Shown piece after piece: positions 46,484 to 59,812 of a stretch of DNA of 64,000 nt. A program made the translations under genes and the position numbers. This stretch comes from Eledone cirrhosa. Its lineage: Eukaryota. Within the stretch, counting starts at the first letter, position 1, and the number at the start of each line of letters is the position of its first letter. The stretch lies in the NCBI GenBank assembly GCA_964016885.1, contig OZ024740.1, forward strand, positions 96,224,001-96,288,000. The letters run 5' to 3'. Below the pieces are notes generated by a model that saw nothing but the letters and a program-made list of their open reading frames with translations, ran no database searches and was not told the origin of the DNA.

Positions 46484-46563
46484 CTCCAACTAATTAGTTT
46501 CTGCAATGGGATAAAGACAGTTACGTAATGAACTGTTGAGAATTTCAGTGCGTCATCAGGGAG
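46484..46563 (-). ncRNA. Type I hammerhead ribozyme
   Basis: Reverse complement reads ctcc-CTGATGA-cgcactg...cattgca-GAAA-CTAATTAG-TT-ggag. Confidence 0.82.
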
Positions 46564-47034
46564 GTCTATTCTCAGCCAAGTCTCCAGGCAATTCGCGGAC
46601 ACTGGGGACTCATATAAAAATAATAATAATTCGGTAAATGGAACAGCTATCGGGGACTGGATTCCAAGTACTGAAATCCTCGCTGCCACAGGTCAAATGG
46701 CCGATTCTAAAGAATCAATCACGTGACACTGAGGCTAGTCGGTAGGAGTGGGATGGTAAGATGACAGACGCCTACTAACACACCAAAAATTTAGTAGTGG
46801 TTTTGGCAGGTTTGCTCGACAAATCAGTGATTTGGAGATCAATATAGATAATTTAATATATCTACTAACATAAGCGCACAGATGTACGCCAATGCCAGCA
46901 AATACACAGGTTATGTCATAGTACCTAGGTGGTTCAATGCAGGAGGGTGCAGAACAATAGTATAAAGAACGTAAAATAAGAAAATTAAAAAAAAAAAAAA
47001 TGTTTAAAAATTAACTTACTTACTAAAAATTTCA

Positions 47035-47114
47035 CTCCAACTAATTAGTTTCTGCAATGGGATAAAGACAGTTACGTAATGAACTGTTGAGAATGTCATT
47101 GCGTCATCAGGGAG
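47035..47114 (-). ncRNA. Type I hammerhead ribozyme (tandem copy)
   Basis: Reverse complement reads ctcc-CTGATGA-cGCAATG...CATTGCa-GAAA-CTAATTAG-TT-ggag. Confidence 0.87.
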
Positions 47115-47302
47115 GTCTATTCTCAGCCAAGTCTCCAGGCAATGCGCGGACACTGGGAACTCATATACTTATTGTTCTGCACCCTCATATATTATTGTTC
47201 TGAACCATCCTGCATTGAACCACCTAGGTACTATGACATAACCTTTGTATTTGCTGGCATTGGCGTACATCTGTGCGCTTATGTTAGTAGACATATTAAA
47301 TT

Positions 47303-47438
<136 letters not shown>

Positions 47439-47439
47439 T

Positions 47440-47990
47440 TACTAAAAGATGACCCAAGAATGAACAAAATCCTCCAAACCCCAAACATCATAAAGAGCAA
47501 AAGACAATCTAAATCCATAAAAAAAGTCCTCACACAAGCCAAAATACAACCACCTCTCAAAATGAAACTTACAGTAAAAAAATGCCGAAGGCCCAAATGT
47601 TGCATCTGCAGAAATCTAATAGAAAATTCAACATTCCATTTTAAACAAGGACAATATTTCACAGTTAAATACAACTTTAAATGTCCATCTGAAAACATAA
47701 TCTAAGTTTTGACCTGCTCAGGTTGTCGAGAGCACTACATAGGATGGACAAATAACACCCTCCGACAACATATGATTATCCATAGATCACAAATCAAAAT
47801 ACAGGAATACAAAAAGATTGCTTTTATTGAACATATCGCCAATTGTGCACCTAACTAACAATCAAACTTTAACATTTTCCCCATTTAAAATTCATAGTCA
47901 ACGTTCCTTTCATCAATCGTACCAATAAGGAAACGTACTTGATTAACAAATGCCAGCCTCTACATTATGGACTAAACTTCGGATTAAACT
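47440..47990 (+). pseudogene. Neptune-like GIY-YIG endonuclease remnant (second subfamily)
   Basis: [52 protein letters not shown]. Confidence 0.82.
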
Positions 47991-48428
47991 AAAACTGGAA
48001 CGAACAATGAACCAAAACCAAATTCCTATGTACTCTAAAGAGAACAACCTACCTAAACCCATTTCTTAAATAAATAAATTACCTCCTGTCATTTCGCTCT
48101 CCCCCATTTCTCTCTCACTGACCATCCTGAATTACCTCCGCCTGCATATTAACTCTCTAAAAAGGGAAATCATATCAAATCCCAGACTACCGTTTGCCTC
48201 CATCGTGGATCGACTAAGCACACTTGCCATAATAACACATTTTGAACTGCTTATCTTCAAGAACTATGCCTGTAAATTATATTATTCTTTCTTTAACATT
48301 ACCTTATTATGTCCCACATTACCTCCCTTCTTTTTCTTTTCTCATTTCGCTTCAAAAACCTTGTTTGTAAATAATACAGTTTGTAAAAAAAACAGTTCTC
48401 TGGCTTAAATCAGAGAGATAGAATCAGA

Positions 48429-49184
48429 GTGTATAGAGGAGCCAGAACCAAATGGGAAAAAATGGTAAATAATGACATAAATGGGACCTGCCCCTTGTAC
48501 AGGAGCAAATTTTGGAATATAATAGAAAGAACTAGGAACAAGGCCAATAGAATAAACTCATGGTATGATAGCAATAAATACCAGAGTGTAATGTTCATCA
48601 ATACAACCCATAGAGGCGAACTAGCCTACAAATTTAGAGGGGCCCTAAATAAACATAAACTCAATATTAAGATAGTAGAAAGACCAGGTACCTCCGTAAA
48701 AACACTTATTAGCAAGACATACCCGTTCCAAAGACCCTCATGTATAGATAAGAAATGTATAACCTGTAAAATAAGACCCCATATTAACTGTAAAACTAGA
48801 AATGTAGTGTATAGCATAAGATGTACTGAAGGACAATGTAGAAACAAAAATATAGTGTACATAGGTGAGACAGCTCGTAGTATAGGGGAACGGATAAATG
48901 AACACTGGCGAGACCTTCAAGATAATAAAGAATCATCTGTACTCTACCAACATGCTAAGATAGAACACAAGGGTAAATTAGAGAACATAGAAATAAAAAT
49001 AGAATCCACACACAGAAAAGATGCAATGTTTAGGCAAATTACAGAGGCAGTAAGCATAAAAGAATTACAACCAAAATTAAATAGAAAATATGAGTGGAAC
49101 AGCAACATCACAACTTACAATTCAGGACAAAATGAAAACACACACACACATAGAACAAACAGCCAACCAACAACATGTAAATAA
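48429..49184 (+). CDS. 5'-truncated PLE ORF C-terminus with GIY-YIG EN (tentatively Nematis-type); element runs to ~49536
   Basis: PLYRSK.W, SVMF, IVERPG, CxxC cluster, RNVVYSI.C...YIGETARS..ER..EH, RQITEA, LNRK.EWN. Confidence 0.85.
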   Translation: MYRGARTKWEKMVNNDINGTCPLYRSKFWNIIERTRNKANRINSWYDSNKYQSVMFINTTHRGELAYKFRGALNKHKLNIKIVERPGTSVKTLISKTYPFQRPSCIDKKCITCKIRPHINCKTRNVVYSIRCTEGQCRNKNIVYIGETARSIGERINEHWRDLQDNKESSVLYQHAKIEHKGKLENIEIKIESTHRKDAMFRQITEAVSIKELQPKLNRKYEWNSNITTYNSGQNENTHTHRTNSQPTTCK

Positions 49185-49327
49185 ATAAACAAATAGATAA
49201 ATGAACACAAACACACACAGACACCCGGATGTGGCGCATGCGCAAACTGAGCACACAACACACACACAGAAACAAAATGGCGTAGAACAGAAGAAAGGAA
49301 AGGCACAGAAACAAAGAAAGGAATCCC

Positions 49328-49372
49328 AGTCACTGAAGAGGTCGCAGAGTGTGTGACGAAAGGACTATGACT
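49328..49372 (+). ncRNA. Minimal type I hammerhead ribozyme
   Basis: AGTCA-CTGAAGA-g.GTCGCA.gagtg.TGTGAC-GAAA-GGAC-TA-TGACT. Confidence 0.88.
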
Positions 49373-49547
49373 ATATATAAACAACTATCTGGTTGTGGAA
49401 CCAACCAACCAACCAGAAATTTATAAGTTTGTAGATTTGTAAATTTATAAGTTTATAAATATATAATAAATTGAAGTGAAAGAAACTGGTGCGTATGTTT
49501 CTTATTGGCAACATGACCCTCCCAAAGTATAACAATATATATATATA

Positions 49548-49599
<52 letters not shown>

Positions 49600-49659
49600 T
49601 AAAATAATGAATAAACAAAGAAACAGTTCCTTATATTAAATATATATATATATATATAT

Positions 49660-50650
49660 ATAGAATTCACAATAATCAAAGATATGTTCAAAGCATTTAT
49701 TCACTTAAAATTGTTTCATCCAAACCTAGGCTTGGAAGTCTTCGGACCATTTGTCAATGTTTGTACACATAATTGACCTCTTTCCAACGCAAGCGACATA
49801 CCGATACTTATATATATATATCGATGTACAGTGGAGTGACATATTTTATACTATATTATTTCTGTATAGCAATTCAAATTCAAAATAAAATTCAAAATTA
49901 AAATTAAAACAAAATTAAAACTAAATTAAATTACATTCGGCAGTTAACACAGATAATGCAAGAGGATAGTTTGTTAGTCAGATGTAGTAGTTAGTGTATT
50001 CGTTAGTTACACGTGTGGCATGCAAGTGTGTCTCATTTATATATGATTATTGTGTGGCAGTCTGTTACATGTAATACAATCACTTTAAGCCGGTAAGTAA
50101 GAGTATTGTGGTGTTTGTAGTGGTAAGGTATGTTTTGTATAGAACAAAAAAGTATGCCTGCAGAAAAATAAAAATAAAAAGGAGAAACAAAAGAAAGTTA
50201 TGGTTTTCGTATCCACCATCATTTCACATTCAGGAAAAGAAATACAGTGTTTTTACATCCAACACATAAGTAACGATGATTACATATTGGATGTTTGATG
50301 CATTAAATTAAATTATTTTAGCTTATTGCGTCTAACAAACTATCCTCTTGCATTATCTGTGTTAACTGCCGAATGTATTTTAATTTTGTTTTAATTTTCT
50401 TTCAATTTTAATTTTGATTTTGATTTTGAATTTGAATTGGTATACTGAAATAATATAGAATAATGTATGTCACTCCACTGTACATCAATGTATATATATA
50501 TGTATGTGTATGTCTCTTGCGTTGGAAAGGAGGTCAATTATGTGTACAAACATTGAAAAATGGTCCGAAGACTTCCAAGCCTAGGTTTGGATGAAACAAT
50601 TGTAAGTGAATAAATGATTTGAACATAGATTTGAATCTTGTGAATTCTAT
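49660..50650. mobile_element. 1 kb non-coding foldback with outward HHR-like motifs (family G)
   Basis: ~49660-49980 is the reverse complement of ~50330-50650; motifs at 49701-49760 (-) and 50551-50612 (+). Confidence 0.87.
50551..50612 (+). ncRNA. Hammerhead-like motif, U4C core
   Basis: atggt-CCGAAGA-ctTCCAAGC.ctag.GTTTGGAt-GAAA-CAATTG-TA; stem I weak or offset. Confidence 0.62.
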
Positions 50651-50803
50651 ATAACTGCTCTGTAGAACAACTGATGTTATTACATTGAGCTATTTATCTT
50701 ACTGGTAATAAGGTAGTAATACATTACTGACCTTCATGTTTAGGGTTTAAAATAAACATAACTACAAAAAGTTTTAGTATATACGTAACTATAAATACTA
50801 TCC

Positions 50804-50902
<99 letters not shown>

Positions 50903-53748
50903 ACAATGGGGGTGTTTCTTTTTAAATTAAATAAACGAGATGTTCTATACCAGTCAAAGTATAAGAGAAAACAATAGAAAATGCAACTGGAGTCCTTTTA
51001 GGTATATTATTTTTTCTTTCAAAGGTACAAGTAATATCAAGACTTTGCTTGACAAAGATTACATGATTATATTATTATATTTAAACAAAACATCGATTGC
51101 AACAATTGAAAATAGCATTGAGCATTATCAGCAAATGTGTGAGTCTGCATGTGTGTGTATTCTTTGTAATGTAAGTATCCTACAGAAATAAGAGATCATT
51201 TAAATAACTAACAGACTTGGAAAATTCGTGCTGACAAAATTATCGACTAGATAAATACCTTTATTCTCTTCGGGATTGCAGTCCAATGAACGGTGTCAAT
51301 CATAAGACACCGACAAACTCGTATGCTGATAATGTGTTATTGTATTTTCGACGATAATTCTGATGTTCCCACGTTAGGTAATTATTTAATTTTTTAGATA
51401 TTTTGTCATATCACAATTTTACTCGACATGAATATACTCACCCACTATCTGTTATTTCTAGCAGGTTGAATCGGTCATTATTTAATGTTATATTTATATG
51501 AGTGGGTTCATTTGAATGGTGTCTATGTGTGTGTTTTATGTTTTTTTCTTCCTGATATTTCTAGGAGTTATAGTAGTTATTTATATAGTCTCTTGCGTAA
51601 TCGTGTTTGTCATAAAGTTTTTATGTATGTGTGCACCTCTTTATGTATATGTACATGTTTATCTCTAATGATTCCGCATAATGTCAGCGTCTGTATTGAT
51701 TTATGTAATAAAATGCAATATTTACATGCAAGCGGTGTAGTGTATTAAATTTAGGGCACTGTATATTACGCAAAAGTTCATGTGTTTTAGAATAAACAAT
51801 TGGAGTAATGTACATGTAAAATAGATTATTCTTGCATAAACGATGTCACATGCGAAACTTCAAAGAGAGAACTTAGTTTTATAGATATAGGCACACACTA
51901 AGACATGTAATATTGTATGTCTGCCTGTAAAATGTTACCGAGATTTCACTGCTTTGACACAATTTATATTTTCCTAGATGCCAAATAATAAAGCTAAACG
52001 CAGCAAACTGCTACCTACAAGGTAGTCTGACTTACAACGAAAACTGACACTTCGAAGCATAATTTTCTAACTATGGCTCTAAGCATATAGAACACCTGAA
52101 TTATTTCATTCCACTCCACTAGAGTCAGCACCACACACTCACATGAGAACAATATGAACAGTACTTTGTTATCCGCAACGAAATTCATTGATATTATTGT
52201 GTACCGTCCAAGGTGCACTAGAATTTATTAACCTTGAAAAAGTTAACCTTTAAAATGTTAACCTACATTTAGTCGTATAAAACAAATCTATATCACCTAT
52301 TTCTATCTACCTCCCTCTCGCTGTCTCTCCAGTGACGGAGCCCCACTCCATCATAAATATTTAGGGTATACGCAGAAAGAAAGCCCCTACTGACAAAAGT
52401 ATTCATCACTCCATGGAACTCCCTTGTCTCTTACATTCATGGACACAATTTAACAACGCCTTGAGTCATTTTCCTTCCACCTTTATATCTGCATTTATGC
52501 GCACACACATGGAAGTGATTTTATGACAGCCATGTTTTCTTCAGCAGCGTCAGGGAAGATTATCGGCTGCCAAAATGTACTCGTACAAGCTTCAATGAAC
52601 AATCAAAACCTGTATAAGAAGCTTCATTTTGGATTGCATTTTATCTAGTTTGCCTGAGTGAGATCTGGCTTATATTCGTGCATATCTGTGTTATTTCAAG
52701 TACTCTGTTTTCTCTTTAACACCTGACAATTTCCGATAGCAATTTTCCAAAATGATATCATTACAGACCCTTATATTAATATCAAGCAAGATATATGAAA
52801 TAGGTTAAGTGCTTAGTATAATTTACATAATGTGCATTCATTCGCCTGCGTAATTCATTAAATAATATGTGTTTATGCATACGAGCGTATATTCGAAGAT
52901 TTAAGATAAATTTAATGTTTGTTTAGTATTCTTTCAAAGAAAAATGAACTCACATTTGATTCTTTATTATGTAAAGTGAATATTAGAAATGTTGTCTCTT
53001 AAACCTCATAATACATACCATGTATCCATATGCATGCTTATAAGTATATCAGTAAATATACGCTAACATGCACACATTAATAAGGAAGCTAAATTTATAG
53101 GTAAATTACTGCCAAGCTAAGCTAAATACTGTTAGCTCGTACTCTTATGATATTGCAGGTTATTTGCTAAGTTTAACATTGAATTCCACAACTTCCTTTA
53201 ATTAGAATTTCATCTATTTTGTGTCAGGAATAAATAGTTTATTGGCATGATATATATTTTGTATCATTATTTGATCTTTATTTGTTTGTGTGAGATAGGC
53301 TTATTACATTTCTTAATCGTTTTGCTTAATATTTGACACTGTGGTGTAAATAGCTACTAAATATAACCAGTAAACCAGTAAATCTTGCCATGTCAGTGAG
53401 TAACCCTTTGAAGAATATAGATTGTAGCAGAGCTAATAAAAGCTGCCCAATATAACTACACCTACTGAAATACTTGCTGTCAATGAGTGAATTCTTTGAA
53501 GTTGAAAGGCAGGGAGAGCGAGCTACAAAAGCAATACCATATACGCGGTTATAGTTGTAAATCACGTTGTCGAGGAATAAACTATTTGAGCAACATTACT
53601 GTTGGTACAATCACTAAAACAAGAAATATAAAATTATTATTTCTATAAATCTCTAAATTTACGTGCATATCTTTGTTACAGCTATTTTAGGTTCAACGGC
53701 TGCTTTGGTAACACATTGTATTATACACACATACACACACATACATAC

Positions 53749-53780
<32 letters not shown>

Positions 53781-54229
53781 GGGGGGGAGCGTGTGTGTGA
53801 GTATGTGTGTGTTTGTGTGTGTGTATCTCTGTCTTTGTGCATGTCTTCTCTGGGGCGGCTTTACGTGTGTTTGTATGTATATGAGCTGGTAATTATATAG
53901 CAGTACGATTTTCTATGAGGGAACTGATAATTTAGTAGAAAAATACACTAATTCCTTTATTATTCACAAATGGATGCCACGAATAAAACATTAAATAGCA
54001 TACAAGGCTGTGGAATTTTTCGCCATGTAATATGTGGGATGAGCAAACCACGAACCATGTAATAATTGAAATAAATATATTCACCAATAGAAGAACATTA
54101 GGACGATCGCTCTCGGAGAAAGTCTAAAATAACCACGCCTACCATGATCGCTAGGGCATGCGCCACTTCCAAGTTGATTCCACTCAAATGAACAGGCATA
54201 TGTTTTAACATACTGACTTGAGTCAAGTA

Positions 54230-55750
54230 GTTCCCTTCCATGCCTGGTTTTGCAAGCGAATTTTAAGAAATTTAAGAAAAGATTTACCTAAGAGGGAAGC
54301 TTCTGTCCTTAACAATTTCGCACAGGATGACAACACAATCTGTTTCGCCAAAACCACCAGGTAGATGAGAACTGATTACTCATCCCGAAATAAGGAAGAT
54401 CTGGGGAGTAATATATTTTTTCAGAGAAGCTGCTCTTACCTAGGACTGTTTCATATGAGGGGTGAATTGCACACTACAAAGGTTTGCTTTGCTAGAAACT
54501 AGGTTAGCTAGTCTATGGCTGGTATATTCTTATGAAGGTTTTGAGAAGTGGATGACAATTATATTTATGTATATACCTGAGTTTTAACTTGGCTTGTGAA
54601 AGGAGCTCTCTGATTGTCTGTGTTCGCCTGCGCGTGATTGGTAGAAATGGTAATCATTAAATCTAGAATGCTAAAGGTTGGGATTAAATTATTTTTATAT
54701 ATGTCGACGCCATGCCCGCCTTTACGCCTCGATAGGGCCAGAGGAATGTCACGGTATAGAGCCCTGCGGAAATCCTGGAGTTGCTAATGTCGGGTCTTTA
54801 AGATAATTACACCCACCAAATTGCATACGTCAGTACTGTCGACTGAACCCATAGGGACATTGAATAGATCATCGCTAGTTGATTTTTACCTGAACGATCC
54901 CAATATTAAAGATAATCATATTTCTAAAGTGGGATACAAATAAGCGATCTAAATCATATATATTAATGAACTTTCTTGCGAAATAAAATAATTTATTGAG
55001 AAACGTCCGGGAAATCGAAGTACAAATGTCCATTACATTAAACTGCGTATAATCTATTAGTTTGTATGAGGGAGATAATGCAATTAATTATATTTGACTA
55101 TTTGCCAACTTGTTACTTTTGGAATGTTGTATAAGAGTATTATGAATATTCCAAATTATATTATTACTTAATAGTCCTAATACATTTTTGGCAGGATTTC
55201 TGGATGCTCCTCCGTTGTTTTCATAATTATTTTTGTATTAGGTCCCTCTAGCAGATCATTCTAGTTGTTATATCCTTTAATGTGGTCGATATGTGTTTAG
55301 CCTCATCATTGATAGTACGCTAGGTAGGAGGGTCAGATATCTTATATGTAGATTATATGGTCTTGTTCAGTATATGGTTGTAGGTAACAATCAGATTAAT
55401 AATGATTATTAGTTTTATCTGATAAGAGGAAGGATTTATAAGAGGATCTTTAAATTTTATATATCTACTTAATTTATTCTGAAAGTGTTTAGAGTGTGTG
55501 TGCAGAAGGAAATTCTAGCTACTAGATTATGAAGGTCGGTTTCGAAAGTAGCATAAATATTTACTTCAGATAGGTAATTCATGAATTTTAGATTGAACAT
55601 ATCGGCTGAATCTCTTAGTTTTCCGACAATGATAGTGCCCAGCATTGGAACCGTTTGGCCACATATTTATATTTCCGAAGAAGGATATTCGAATAAGCGG
55701 TGTTGGATGGTGTCGGAATAGTTTTAAAAGGAGTAATCAATTATGCAGAT
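54230..55750 (-). pseudogene. Heavily degraded Hydra-type PLE
   Basis: Minus strand ~54740-54870 reads FNVPMGSVDSTDVCNLVG and GLYRD; outer limits approximate. Confidence 0.55.
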
Positions 55751-55940
55751 GTCCAAGTTTTCGTTGTGTAAGTTACTCAGATATATAGGTAAAACTTGAT
55801 TGCTAATCATACACGTGTATAGGAAACTGCAGGGGACGTTGTGAATCTGGAGTTGATTATTGTAGTAGAGCCTTGAGAAAAAATGCCCATTGGGCCAGAG
55901 CACTCAGTGTGTGGAGGAATATACATATAGGAATGTGCGT

Positions 55941-56052
<112 letters not shown>

Positions 56053-56068
56053 ACATATATATATATAT

Positions 56069-56150
56069 AGTTTTAATATAGATGAGATTCTGATGATTTC
56101 TAAAGAATGAAATAGTTCTAGTCCTGTAGAATCTCATCTATATTAAAACT
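56069..56150 (+). ncRNA. Hammerhead-like core closed by a 23-bp inverted repeat
   Basis: CTGATGA 56090-96; tTTC.taaa.GAAt; GAAA 56109-12; tagttctag-TC; arms AGTTTTAATATAGATGAGATTCT/AGAATCTCATCTATATTAAAACT. Confidence 0.55.
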
Positions 56151-56216
56151 TTTATACTCTGCTATGTATTGGGTACCTTACTTACTGTGGTTACCTCCGA
56201 TTCAACCCGGAATAAC

Positions 56217-56258
<42 letters not shown>

Positions 56259-56497
56259 TCTCTCGTCCACGATTTCACAGAACCTATATTCATCGATTTC
56301 ATGGACTTAACTCCTTCTTCCTCACTTTTCGTTGCATTACCATCTTTGATTGTTTACAGACTCGCTCGTTCCCCTTATTTACGTGTCCCAACGACTTTCT
56401 TTACCTGTTGCTCGCACCAACCGGAGGTATATGGTCTTTAAAGCGATGAAATACCAATGAAGGTTGGCAGATCACTGATGAAGGACTAAGTTTACTC

Positions 56498-56584
<87 letters not shown>

Positions 56585-57822
56585 GCATATACTAATGCGG
56601 GTGTTGTCTATGTGTGCACATTTTTATATGTTTTCTATTCTAATGTAAAGCCTGCTCTGGTTGTCCTATAAAAAATCATTTATTTCAAAGATTTACATGT
56701 TCTATCTATTGTTTACGAAAAAAAAATAGTGATTTGTTAATGCCTTGAACAGATTGATTTAAAATGAGTATATGATATTTCGTATTACCTTGTGCTTTTT
56801 AATTTGATTCATACTTCTATTTCGGGGTGGGGTTGTTTGAGTTTATATATGTTTAGAAAAGTACAACATTTTACATGTAATAAAACAGCTGTGAACACAG
56901 CATTGAAAATCGGTTAATATATCCCCAAAGACAGAAGAATATATACATATATTAATGAATGTCTCTATGTATTTATGAATGTATATGCTTACGTGTGCAT
57001 GTAATGTATATCGCTATCGTAGTATCTAACAAGGCGTATACAAATTGATATATATATTTAAGTCGATGAGGCACTACAATCAACCGAAAAAAATAACAAA
57101 TACAACATATTAATTGCTTATATAAATATACTTTTCTCTCAAAATACCTAGTTATCTTTTCGCAAATTTATAAACATAACAATCAAAGCATCGTGGAAAA
57201 AACATACAATTGTAGTAAACGTTTATCTAAGTTTGGAATGTGGAGATTTAACAGAGAAAATCAGGGAAAAACAATTACAAAGTCTCCCATGAAACAACGA
57301 ATATGCATTAACTAGGTAAGCATATATGAAGAAAAGATTACACGGACACACGAGTGCTAGAGTTATCAAATAATAATTTTTTTAAACATATACTAGTGTG
57401 GTTAAAAGGAGTAGTTATATATCAGATATTATCATCCTAGGAACACTAATCCTCAGAGTAGCAGCGGTATGGGTGGAAATCAGTCAATATAGAACTGCTA
57501 GTCTGGTGATAGAAATAACAAGGACATACAAAGCACACGTTAAGAAATAATAAATATTAACTAAATCAAATATAGTTACGTTCGAAACAGAAACTTTCTT
57601 TCATTGATTCTACATTGATTCTACATTAATTTCTCTCGACCAATAAACTAAATTAATAAAACTGTTCAGTAAGTCAGTATACAGAATAATCATATCCTGC
57701 AGAACCAATATACAAAATTATTGAAAAACGCTAGTTCTAACTATATTTTCAGACAGATACATAAACACACACCATACTTACACACACACACACACACACA
57801 TACATACCTTATCTCCCTCTTT

Positions 57823-57925
<103 letters not shown>

Positions 57926-58000
57926 TTATATATATATATATATATGTATGTACGTGCGTGTGTGTCACACACACACACACATCCACACACACACACGCAC

Positions 58001-58035
<35 letters not shown>

Positions 58036-58489
58036 ACTGTGTTTGCGTGCTTTCGAGAAATGTCAAGCCACGTTATGTCCATCTCCATCTATAAATATTT
58101 GAAGTAGATTGGATAGACGATGTGAATTATGTTACTGATTCTAATGAGAGCTAATGGAGAATATCTCCAGAAGTGTTTTTTTTATATTTCTTGAAGTTTA
58201 TGCTATACTTTCTTAAACGTTTGTTTTATAACGTTAGAATACATTCTATAATCATGTGTCTGTTGATTTTCATTGTACGGTGGCCATGCTATAACCTTCC
58301 CTTCAATTGATGATCCACGGTAACACTAGTACTGGTCTGTCACAGGATTTATAAAATCAGCAATTGATTTTAAGACCTGTAGACGTAAATACCCTCATGG
58401 AAATAAAGACCAACACACACAGACACCCACCCACACATATATACATATATATATGTTTAAGCATATATACTCCGACCACACCATTAGAC

Positions 58490-58900
58490 TATAAACATCA
58501 AGCTCAAAATTACAATAGAAGAAGAAAAATAATCTGTTTGGCGCCCCCTTTCTCACTAAATGTAATAACATATATAGGTAAGACATTCTTAGACATGATA
58601 GACAAGCGCATTAACCCCCGCCACATATATTGTAATATCTTCAATTGACGTAGAGTGAGCATTTTCTATCCTTGCGCCCCATATAAGAAATCGAAAATAA
58701 ATTCAACGAGCAAACGAAATGTATACCCAGGATGCTCTTGCATGAAGACGGATGACAGACTATTACAGCAACACTGTAATGTTAAATCAATACTTATGAA
58801 GCACAGAGCATGCTTGAAAACGCAGCAATATATAAAAACGTATGCAAAATATGTTCGCACTGCCTAAGTGAGAAATTTATGAATTTACCGAGTCTATACT
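58490..58900 (+). pseudogene. Hydra-type PLE linker remnant (another, weaker, at ~60030-60400)
   Basis: RRRKIICLAPPFSLNVITYIGKTFLDMIDKRINPRHIYCNIFN matches WFNPPFS.NV.TNIG..FL.LIDKHFP. Confidence 0.7.
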
Positions 58901-59209
58901 CACCGGATGTTTACCTAAACTCAAACATTGAAAGTTCAGATTATGCTTGCATCAAAATACCTCATATTTTCCAAACTAGAAGCCCGCACAGCACGACAGT
59001 ATCTCAGTATCTCCACGGACCTCTTGAACTCCACATGGCTCATATTGAGCAATTCACGAAAGAGACATCGAAATTAAAACATCACACTGCATCCAACAAT
59101 CTCACAGAGAGGCAAACTCCTCTTGCATCTCGGATCTTAAAATTGCTGAATCCCCAATAAAAACACACATTTTGAGTAAACATATGTATATATATATATA
59201 TATACATAT

Positions 59210-59617
59210 ATATTAATAGAAGGAATTCGAACTTTGTCTGATCTACTCGTTTTATTTACGATCCTTTAACATTTATAATGGTATTATAATGACATAGTAT
59301 GGTAGAATATTCAATGTTAAGTGTTAATTGAACAAGTACTTTCATACTTTCACAATCTTAAGGTTCACATTCTATGGTGACAGTCAAGTTTGCAATTTTC
59401 AACTGAATACAGTTTAATTTTTCAACTTAAAATTGCAAACTTGATTGTCATCACCGAATATAAACCTGAAGATTGCGAAAGCATGAAAGTACTTGTTCAA
59501 TTAACACTTAACATTTAATATTCTACCATGCTATTTCATTCTAATACAATTATAAATGTTAAAGGATTGTAAATAAAACGAGTAAATCAGACAAAGTTCG
59601 AATTCCTTTTATTAATA
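59210..59617. mobile_element. 400 bp foldback with outward minimal HHRs (family H)
   Basis: 59210-59398 is the reverse complement of 59430-59617. Confidence 0.87.
59461..59499 (+). ncRNA. Minimal type I hammerhead (degraded inverted copy 59329-59367)
   Basis: taAAC-CTGAAGA-tTGC.gaaa.GCAt-GAAA-GTAC-TT-GTTca; AGTACT palindrome. Confidence 0.82.
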
Positions 59618-59714
59618 TAATCTTCTATACACAATCATATACACCCGTGTATATTTATCTATATATATATACACATATATATATATATATACATATATAC
59701 ATATATATAAATAT

Positions 59715-59812
<98 letters not shown>

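Noticed and set aside
51975-53565. Candidate short host exons (AG/GT-bounded) and a 79-aa ORF
   Set aside because: No recognisable protein or consistent frame; needs RNA-seq
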